Positions 57,878 through 64,000 of a stretch of DNA of 64,000 bases are shown here, one piece after another. This DNA is from an uncultured Acidobacteriota bacterium (GTDB taxonomy: Bacteria; Acidobacteriota; Vicinamibacteria; Vicinamibacterales; 2-12-FULL-66-21), in NCBI GenBank assembly GCA_963797715.1, contig CAWCQS010000015.1, positions 168,792 through 232,791 of the forward strand, written 5' to 3'. The notes under the pieces were generated by a model. It did no database searches. It was not told where the DNA came from and saw only the letters and a program-made list of their open reading frames with translations. Each line of letters begins with the position of its first letter. The stretch's first letter is position 1. The position numbers and the translations under genes are program-made.

Positions 57878-58255
57878 TTACAGCGAGATGAGTCCTTGCC
57901 GCAACGCCGTCCGCGCAGCCTCGGTGCGGTTGGCGGCGCCGAGCTTGCCGCAGATCGTCGCCACGTGGAATTTGACAGTCTGATCGCTGATGCCGAGACG
58001 GATGGCGATCGCCTTGTTCGACAGCCCTTGAGAGAGCAAATCGAGCACGTCGAGCTCACGGGCCGTCAAAGGCTCGAGGACGGGGCCATCGGGGTCGGGG
58101 AAGCCCGGCGCGGCGACGAGCCAGGCTTCCGCCGGAAGGGACCGACTGCGGGCGTCGGCCATGGTATCCGCCTCGCCCACTACTTCGATCCCGTCAGGAA
58201 GTTCTGCCGCCAGCCGCGCGCGTGCCGCCCGCGTCCCCACGATCACGAGGCGCAT
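57878..58255 (-). CDS. LuxR-family HTH transcriptional regulator with short, non-canonical N-terminal domain
   Basis: The C-terminal LTARELDVLDLLSQGLSNKAIAIRLGISDQTVKFHVATICGKLG is a LuxR/GerE HTH. The N-terminal ~65 aa are too short for a full receiver domain. Confidence 0.85.
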   Translation of the reverse strand: MRLVIVGTRAARARLAAELPDGIEVVGEADTMADARSRSLPAEAWLVAAPGFPDPDGPVLEPLTARELDVLDLLSQGLSNKAIAIRLGISDQTVKFHVATICGKLGAANRTEAARTALRQGLISL

Positions 58256-58257
58256 CT

Positions 58258-58306
58258 CAGCTTCCAGCTCCCAGCTTCCAGCTATGAGCTCTCAGTGCTC
58301 AGCACT
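58258..58306. repeat. Intergenic tandem heptamer repeat (CAGCTYC x3.5, then CTCAG x2)
   Basis: cagcttc cagctcc cagcttc cagct ... ctcagtgctcagc fills the spacer between the HtrA-like stop (58309) and the LuxR start (58255). Confidence 0.8.
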
Positions 58307-58308
58307 TC

Positions 58309-59208
58309 CTAGGACGCTGGACGCTCGCCGATGGTTACCGTCAGGTCGGTAGCCGTCCCGCCCCTCAGAACGCGGAGCGCCACGTCGCGGCCGACACGCT
58401 CGGTCGTCAAGAGCGCGAGCAGGTCGTCGGTCGAGCGCACCGGCTGCGTGTCGACGTCGAGGATTACGTCACCGACGATGACTCCGCCCGACTCCGCCGG
58501 CCCGCCGGGGTTGACGTCGACGACCAGGAGGGCGCGGTCGCGCCCGCTCCCGTCGCGCTGCCGCTCGGGCAGGCGCACCGCCTGACCGGCGATGCCCAGG
58601 AAGCCGGTTTTCGGCCGGCCGTGCTCGAGCACGTGCGCGACGCTCTTCCACGCGATTTCCGCTGGTATAACGACTGCCAGGCTGCGGATTTCGGCCGCCG
58701 TGCCAATGCCCATCAGTTGGCCCGCCGCGTCGAGCACTGCTCCTCCAGCGAACCCGCCGTGCATCGGCGCCGTGACCCGGATGATCTGATCGATCTGCCG
58801 CCCATGACCCGTTCGCAGCGGTCCACCGACAACGGCGACGATGCCGGTGCTGGCGGTCACGGCATTGCTCCATGAGCGCCCGATGGCGATCGCGATGTGC
58901 CCGGGGCGGGGGGCACCTGTTGCTCGAACGAAAGGCGTCAGGCCGAGCCCCTCGACCTTGATGGCCGCCAGTCCGGTTGCCGGATCCCAGCCCGCAAGCT
59001 CACCGTCCGCACTGCGACCATCCGCAGCGTTCACTTTTACGGCATCGCTGCGGCCGAGGGCGCGGGCGTTGGTGATGATGATGTCTTTTGCGTAGGCGAC
59101 GCCGCTGACCGGGCGGCGGCGGCCGTGCACCTGTACCACGGATGGCGCGGCACGGTCGACGATTGAAGCGATCTGATCCGAAAGAGCAGCCAAAGTATTG
59201 GTATCCAT
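58309..59208 (-). CDS. HtrA/S1C-like trypsin-fold + PDZ protein lacking the catalytic triad
   Basis: The trypsin-like core aligns to DegP motifs, but TNARAL replaces TNxHVv, TGLAAIKV replaces xDIAllkv, and GGFAGGAV replaces GNSGGal. The C-terminal PDZ-like region is FLGIAGQAVRL...GVIVGDVILDVDTQPV. Confidence 0.75.
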   Translation of the reverse strand: MDTNTLAALSDQIASIVDRAAPSVVQVHGRRRPVSGVAYAKDIIITNARALGRSDAVKVNAADGRSADGELAGWDPATGLAAIKVEGLGLTPFVRATGAPRPGHIAIAIGRSWSNAVTASTGIVAVVGGPLRTGHGRQIDQIIRVTAPMHGGFAGGAVLDAAGQLMGIGTAAEIRSLAVVIPAEIAWKSVAHVLEHGRPKTGFLGIAGQAVRLPERQRDGSGRDRALLVVDVNPGGPAESGGVIVGDVILDVDTQPVRSTDDLLALLTTERVGRDVALRVLRGGTATDLTVTIGERPAS

Positions 59209-59270
59209 GGCTTCGAGTTTCTCGTGGCGCTGCTCGGGTGCGCATCACCCGAATGGGCGGGAAGAAATTT

Positions 59271-59325
59271 TGAATTCTGAATTCTGAATTCTGAAGTGGG
59301 GTTCGAAGTTCGAAGGCTGAAGTGG
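59271..59325. repeat. Intergenic compound tandem repeat (TGAATTC x3; GTTCGAA x2; CTGAAGTGG x2)
   Basis: tgaattc tgaattc tgaattc at 59271-59291. ctgaagtgg at 59291-59299 and 59317-59325. gttcgaa gttcgaa at 59301-59314. Confidence 0.85.
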
Positions 59326-59349
59326 CAGAATGATGTCCGGAGACATTCA

Positions 59350-59847
59350 GTGACGCATCAGGATCTCTGCACGCTCGTTGACTTTCACTACTGGGCGCGC
59401 GATCGCATGCTTGACGCGGTTGATGGCTTGACGTCCGACCAGTACGCGCGCGATCTCGGCAGCAGTTTCCGGTCGGTGCGCGACACGGTCGTGCACATCT
59501 ACGCCGCCGAGTGGATCTGGTACATGCGTTGGCTCGGCACGTCGCCGTCGGCTTTGGTCACGGTCGATCAGTTCCCGGACATCGCCGCGATCCGGAATGC
59601 CTGGACCGAACTCGAAGGAAAGGTCCGCGCGTTCGTGTCGGCGCTCGACGAAGATGGCGTGACGCGGGTGATTCCATACACCCTTCTCAGTGGGGTCTCG
59701 TCCACGTCCCCCTTCTGGCAGATGATTCAGCACGTCGTCAACCACGCGAGCTACCATCGCGGACAGGTCACGACCATGCTGCGGCAGCTCGGGGCGGCCC
59801 CGGCCAAGAGCTGCGACATGATCACGTTCTACCGTGAGCGTGCCTGA
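59350..59847 (+). CDS. DinB-family protein
   Basis: LVDFHYWARDRMLDAV...HVVNHASYHRGQVTTML. Track ORF 59296..59847 is trimmed to the GTG at 59350 because 59271-59325 is a tandem-repeat spacer. Confidence 0.8.
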   Translation: MTHQDLCTLVDFHYWARDRMLDAVDGLTSDQYARDLGSSFRSVRDTVVHIYAAEWIWYMRWLGTSPSALVTVDQFPDIAAIRNAWTELEGKVRAFVSALDEDGVTRVIPYTLLSGVSSTSPFWQMIQHVVNHASYHRGQVTTMLRQLGAAPAKSCDMITFYRERA

Positions 59848-59875
59848 GGCCAGAGGCCGGAGTTACCATAACCGC

Positions 59876-61303
59876 ATGAGCAAGGGACTGCAGTTGGTCT
59901 CGACCGTTGTCGTGACGATGGTCATCGCGATCGCATGCGGCGCCTCGGAGCATTCTGCGCCACAGCCGCAACAACCAGCGCAATCGGGTCCGCCCAACAT
60001 CATCCTGATCCAGGCTGACGATCTCGGTTTCGGCGATCTCAGCGCCTATGGGCAGGGGAAGTTCGCGACGCCGGGGATCGATCGCCTGGCGACCGAAGGC
60101 ATCCGCTTCACGAACTATTACTCGGGAAGTACGGTGTGCGCGCCGTCTCGCGCCGCGCTGATGACCGGCATGCACACCGGCCATGCGTGGATTCGCGGCA
60201 ACGGCGAAATTCCGCTGCGGGCGGAGGACGTGACGGTGGCGATGCTCCTTCGCGACGCGGGCTATCGCACGGCCGTTATCGGCAAGTGGGGGCTCGGTAC
60301 AGCGGGGACCACCGGCCAGCCCGATAAGAAAGGCTTCGAATACTCGTTCGGTTTCCTCGATCACCGCCACGCGCACCGGCAGTTTACCGACCACCTGTAC
60401 CGCAACGCCCAGCGTGTCGCGGTCGATCCCGAGAAGGACTACGTCAACGATCTCTTCACGCGCGAAGCCGAATCCTTCATCACCCAGAACGATCCGAAGC
60501 CGTTCTTTCTCTACTTGAACTACACGGTGCCGCACGCCGAGCTGCGGGTGCCGGAAGATTCGCTGGCGCCGCTCCGCGCCCGATTCCCCCCCGAGACGCC
60601 GTTCGTCAACGCGCAGGCGGACGCCAAGCCCTTCGGCTCGACGCCCGACGGCGCGTCGCTCGGCTACCGATCGCAGCCCACGCCGCATGCGGCCTTCGTC
60701 GCGATGATCACCCGGATGGATCGTGACATCGGCCGGCTCACCGACGTCGTGTCGCAGCGTGGGATGTCCGAGCGCACGCTCATCATCTTTACCAGCGACA
60801 ACGGGCCGCATCAGGAGGGCGGTGCCGACCCTGCGTACTTCCGCAGCTCTGGCGGCATGCGCGGCATCAAACGAGATCTGTACGAGGGCGGCATTCGTGT
60901 GCCGATGGTCGCTCGATGGAGCGGCACGATCCCCGCGGGTCGCGTCAGTTATCAAGAGTGGGCGCACTGGGACATGCTTCCGACGCTGGCCGAGATCGCC
61001 GGCGCCAAGACGCCTGCCGGCATCGACGGCCTGTCGATGGCGCGCGCGCTGCGGGGTGAGCAGCAGCGCGGCCATGACTTCATGTACTGGGAGTTCCACG
61101 AGCGCGGCTTTCAGCAGGCCGTCCGCATGGACTACTGGAAGGCGGTCCGGCTGAAGAAGGGCGGGCCTCTCGAGCTCTACGATCTGCCCAACGATCCGAA
61201 CGAACAGCACGACGTCGCGTCAGTTAACCCCGACGTGGTCGCGAAAATCGAGAAGTATCTCGCCACGGCGCGGACCGAGTCGGCGCGCTGGCCGACGAAG
61301 TAG
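59876..61303 (+). CDS. Arylsulfatase-family sulfatase (probable lipoprotein)
   Basis: ATG at 59876 gives MSKGLQLVSTVVVTMVIAIAC (lipobox-like). PNIILIQADDLGFGDL and the formylglycine motif CAPSRAALMTG are present. Confidence 0.9.
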   Translation: MSKGLQLVSTVVVTMVIAIACGASEHSAPQPQQPAQSGPPNIILIQADDLGFGDLSAYGQGKFATPGIDRLATEGIRFTNYYSGSTVCAPSRAALMTGMHTGHAWIRGNGEIPLRAEDVTVAMLLRDAGYRTAVIGKWGLGTAGTTGQPDKKGFEYSFGFLDHRHAHRQFTDHLYRNAQRVAVDPEKDYVNDLFTREAESFITQNDPKPFFLYLNYTVPHAELRVPEDSLAPLRARFPPETPFVNAQADAKPFGSTPDGASLGYRSQPTPHAAFVAMITRMDRDIGRLTDVVSQRGMSERTLIIFTSDNGPHQEGGADPAYFRSSGGMRGIKRDLYEGGIRVPMVARWSGTIPAGRVSYQEWAHWDMLPTLAEIAGAKTPAGIDGLSMARALRGEQQRGHDFMYWEFHERGFQQAVRMDYWKAVRLKKGGPLELYDLPNDPNEQHDVASVNPDVVAKIEKYLATARTESARWPTK

Positions 61304-61329
61304 GGAATCTCTGGAACCTCTGGAACGCT

Positions 61330-62139
61330 ATGGACACAATCGATTACAAAACGATCACGGCACGCCAGCAGATGGCGTGGGCCGCTGGTGATTTCAACGA
61401 GCTGGCACGACAGCTCCTGCCGGTGAGCGAGTCGCTTGTCCGTGCCTGCGATCCGCGGGCTGGAAGCCGCGTGCTCGACGTGGCGTGTGGGAGCGGCAAT
61501 GCGGCTCTGGTCGCGGCACGGCGATATTGCGACGTGGCGGGCATCGACTTCGTGCCGGCATTGGTCGAACGGGCGATGGTGCGCGCCGCTGCCGAGGGTA
61601 CGCCGATCGATTTCCGGGTCGGCGACGCCCAGGAACTTCCGTTTCCTGATAGTCACTTCGATACCGTGCTGTCGGTATTCGGTGTGATGTTCGCGCCGGA
61701 TCAGGAGCGCGCAGCCCGTGAGTTGCTACGGGTGTGCCGAACGGGGGGAAAGATTGGGCTGTGCAGCTGGACGCCAGATGGTTTCGGCGGCCAGTTCTTT
61801 CGCATCGTCTCCAGCTACGTGCCTCCGCCGGATGGCCTGAAGCCGCCGGTTCGCTGGGGCACAGAGGCGGGGATCAAGGAACTGCTCGGCGAAGGCGCCG
61901 CGTCGATCGCGATAGAGCCGCGACTTGCGTACCAATACTACCGTTCAGTCGATCACGCGCTGGAGGTGTTTGGCACGCATCTTGGACCCGTCAGTCGCGC
62001 CATGCAGGCCCTCGACGCCTCCAACCAGGCAAGCCTGCGTCGCGATCTCGTCAGCTTCTTGACCGCGGCGAACAGCGCATCGGACGGCACGCTCGTGCTC
62101 GCCGGTGAATACATCGAGATCGTCGTGAGGCGCCGGTAA
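61330..62139 (+). CDS. Class I SAM-dependent methyltransferase
   Basis: VLDVACGSGNAALVAARRYCDVAGIDFVPALVERA. Confidence 0.85.
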   Translation: MDTIDYKTITARQQMAWAAGDFNELARQLLPVSESLVRACDPRAGSRVLDVACGSGNAALVAARRYCDVAGIDFVPALVERAMVRAAAEGTPIDFRVGDAQELPFPDSHFDTVLSVFGVMFAPDQERAARELLRVCRTGGKIGLCSWTPDGFGGQFFRIVSSYVPPPDGLKPPVRWGTEAGIKELLGEGAASIAIEPRLAYQYYRSVDHALEVFGTHLGPVSRAMQALDASNQASLRRDLVSFLTAANSASDGTLVLAGEYIEIVVRRR

Positions 62140-62519
62140 TGGCGCCCGATGTCGACGTCGAGCGGTGCGCACGCAGGATCGCGGCGGCAATCGGCGCGCG
62201 AGACACGGCCACACTTCAGACGCTGCTCGCTGATGAGTTCGTCCATCGCGCACCCGGCGGCGCGAGCACCGACCTGGCGGCGTTTCTCAGGGCCGTCGCC
62301 GAGATTCCCGGAGACATCGTGTCCGTCACGCTCGAAGCGCTCGTGATCGACGTCGTCGGAGATGTGGCGCTTGCGACAGGCATTCAGCAGGCCGAAGTGC
62401 GGGTGGATGGTCAGCTCATCAAGGACCGCCGAGGTTTCGTCGACTGGTTCGTCAAGACTGGAGACACGTGGCGCATCCGCGTGGCTGTGGACATGCCCGC
62501 AGCATCTGAGCCAGGATAG
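62139..62519 (+). CDS. NTF2-fold (SnoaL/DUF4440-like) protein
   Basis: 126 aa. Contains ...IGARDTATLQTLLADEFVHRAPGG...FVDWFVKTGDTWRIRVAVD, a typical DUF4440/SnoaL pattern. The ATG overlaps the upstream TAA. Confidence 0.7.
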   Translation: MAPDVDVERCARRIAAAIGARDTATLQTLLADEFVHRAPGGASTDLAAFLRAVAEIPGDIVSVTLEALVIDVVGDVALATGIQQAEVRVDGQLIKDRRGFVDWFVKTGDTWRIRVAVDMPAASEPG

Positions 62520-62592
62520 CTCTTCGACCTTCGTGGTGCCCCCTCAGATTTTTCTCCTTTCGCCGGCCAATTGTGGCGGACGTCGCGCGACG

Positions 62593-63165
62593 ATGGTCAT
62601 GTCCGAGCGTTCAACGTTCGATGTGGCGGTGCAGTTGCGCACCGCAGGTGGCGCGCCGATCGGGGACGTCTTCGCGTTTCTGAGCGGTCTCTATTTCCGC
62701 GGCAAGCTGGCGTACGCGCGTGCGTTCGCACGCGCGCCCGACCCGGACTCGTCGATTTCCGGCGCTGGCGCGTTCGTGATTACACCGAGCGCCGGCCTGC
62801 GATCGATCGACACGCCAGTCACGCTCGATGCCCTTCGCAGCTTTGCGCGCGTCGATATTGCCACCGACAACGCGAAGTATCGCCGACCGCTCGAGGCGAG
62901 CGCCCGCGCGATTGCCGAAGATGTGGGTCCCGACTGCGACGTCGTGCTGCTCGGCAGCATCGCGTCGCCCAAGTATGTCGATATCCTGCAGGGCATCTTC
63001 GGCGCCCGGTTGCTCTTTCCGGCGGACTTCGTCGGCCGCGGTGACATGAGCCGCGGGGGCCTGATGCTCCGCTGCGTCTCTGCGTCGCAGGAGCTCATGT
63101 ACATTCCTGTCGCTGGCGCAGTCCGCCACGGCACGCGCCCGCCGAAGCTCGCCCCGCTGAAGTAG
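62593..63165 (+). CDS. Hypothetical protein
   Basis: Track ORF 62362..63165 is trimmed to ATG at 62593, downstream of the preceding stop. The codon usage looks coding, but I recognise no family. Confidence 0.45.
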   Translation: MVMSERSTFDVAVQLRTAGGAPIGDVFAFLSGLYFRGKLAYARAFARAPDPDSSISGAGAFVITPSAGLRSIDTPVTLDALRSFARVDIATDNAKYRRPLEASARAIAEDVGPDCDVVLLGSIASPKYVDILQGIFGARLLFPADFVGRGDMSRGGLMLRCVSASQELMYIPVAGAVRHGTRPPKLAPLK

Positions 63166-63176
63166 ATTTCGACGGT

Positions 63177-63196
63177 ATGAAGTGCGATGAAGTGCG
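63177..63196. repeat. Intergenic tandem decamer (ATGAAGTGCG x2)
   Basis: atgaagtgcg atgaagtgcg lies directly upstream of the ATG at 63221. TGAAG-containing words recur at 63157, 63201 and 63221. Confidence 0.8.
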
Positions 63197-63220
63197 AACG
63201 CTGAAGGACACGGCTGACGT

Positions 63221-64000
63221 ATGAAGTTGTTGCTTGTGTGGCTGCTGCTCGTTGCCGCGCCGGCGGTCGAGCAGCAGATACCGATTGGCATCGTGGACTT
63301 CTATGGGCTCGAGCGTGTGCCGGAGGCGGACCTTCGGCGTGCGCTGACGATTAAGGAAGGCGACACGATTTCAGTTGCCTCCGGCCGACCGGCAGCGCTC
63401 GGAGAATCCGAAAAGCGGCTGCTGACGGTTCCGGGCGTCGTACGCGCTCAGGTGAGCCTGGTGTGCTGCGACGAAGGGCGCGGCATCGTCTACGTCGGCA
63501 TCGAAGAGAAAGGCCGCCCGGCGCTGCGCTTTCTACCGGCGCCGAGCGGGAGCGTTCGGCTTCCGGCCGACATCGTCAAGGCTGGCGCAGCTCTCGAGAA
63601 GGCGTTCATGGCCGCCGTTGAACGCGGTGATTCGGCCGAGGATGACTCGGAGGGACATGCGTTCTACCACGATCCCGCGTCGCGAGCGATCCAGGAGCAG
63701 TTCGTCTTCTTTGCGGCTCGCGATCAGAGTCGCCTGCGACAAGTACTCCATGAATCGTCCGATGGTGACCACCGCGCCCTCGCAGCGGAAGTCCTGGCGT
63801 ATGCCGCGAACAAGGATGACATCATCGACGACCTCGTCACGGCCATGCGCGATCCAGGCTCGGACGTTCGCAACAATGCGATGCGGGCACTGGGCATCCT
63901 CGCCCGGGTGCCGGTCACCGTCAAGCTGACGCGAAAGGTTCCTTACGACGGCTTCATCGCGCTCCTCGGATCGCTGGTGTGGACCGATCGAAACAAGGCG
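63221..64000 (+). CDS. Exported hypothetical protein with HEAT-like repeat region; 3-prime end beyond window
   Basis: This open-ended frame is not in the track. ATG at 63221 gives signal-like MKLLLVWLLLVAAPAVEQQ. Later, DPGSDVRNNAMRALGILA resembles HEAT/PBS-lyase repeats. The frame stays open to 64000. Confidence 0.5.
   Translation, partial: MKLLLVWLLLVAAPAVEQQIPIGIVDFYGLERVPEADLRRALTIKEGDTISVASGRPAALGESEKRLLTVPGVVRAQVSLVCCDEGRGIVYVGIEEKGRPALRFLPAPSGSVRLPADIVKAGAALEKAFMAAVERGDSAEDDSEGHAFYHDPASRAIQEQFVFFAARDQSRLRQVLHESSDGDHRALAAEVLAYAANKDDIIDDLVTAMRDPGSDVRNNAMRALGILARVPVTVKLTRKVPYDGFIALLGSLVWTDRNKA

Noticed and set aside
59271-59325. A tandem repeat block considered as a mini-CRISPR or minisatellite.
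   Set aside because: The units are 7-9 nt and contiguous, with no spacers. No cas genes are present in the window. I report it only as a micro-tandem repeat.
59822-61210. A 462-aa minus-strand ORF. Similar long antisense ORFs occur at 11082..12431, 27713..29284, 5420..6856 and 16701..17345.
   Set aside because: All of them overlap plus- or minus-strand genes with clear catalytic motifs (sulfatase CxPSR, E1 TPP motif, FkbM, Omp85). They show the compositional signature of antisense frames in GC-rich DNA.

Overview
This is a GC-rich bacterial chromosomal segment. It is probably Acidobacteriota, inferred from an ADOP-family duplicated permease and a fused E1 alpha/beta dehydrogenase. I saw no rRNA, tRNA, CRISPR array, transposase or integrase. 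Layout: (1) 1-12.6 kb holds envelope and housekeeping genes: an M1 aminopeptidase, a GT87-like membrane glycosyltransferase, an Omp85-type barrel paired with an exported protein, the ADOP permease, trxC and the fused E1 dehydrogenase. (2) About 12.7-44.0 kb is a very large polysaccharide locus. It has 11 glycosyltransferases plus a priming phosphoglycosyl transferase, and 6 methyltransferase proteins carrying 7 domains, 4 of them FkbM-type. It also has an ABC exporter, an outer-membrane barrel, a Wza-like exporter, two Wzy/O-antigen-ligase-like proteins, a Wzc-like tyrosine autokinase and a geranylgeranyl-reductase-like flavoprotein. (3) 44.3-50.9 kb is the most interesting part, a tightly coupled lasso-peptide (RiPP) operon. 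It encodes a PqqD-like B1, an Asn-synthetase-like cyclase, a 65-aa precursor and a B2 protease. The tailoring set is unusual: two class-I methyltransferases, a PRMT-fold methyltransferase with a PqqD-like tail, and an HprK-related kinase. (4) 50.9-55.0 kb is yebC-ruvC-ruvA-ruvB-fabH. (5) 55-64 kb holds a PAS histidine kinase, a LuxR-type regulator, a triad-less HtrA-like protein, DinB, a sulfatase, a methyltransferase and small unknown proteins. At least five genes look split between adjacent reading frames, including the lasso cyclase and the sensor kinase. That could be assembly error or real decay. Many long ORFs in the supplied track are antisense shadow ORFs typical of high-GC DNA, and I ignored them. 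Several real starts are internal ATG/GTG/TTG codons that overlap the preceding stop.
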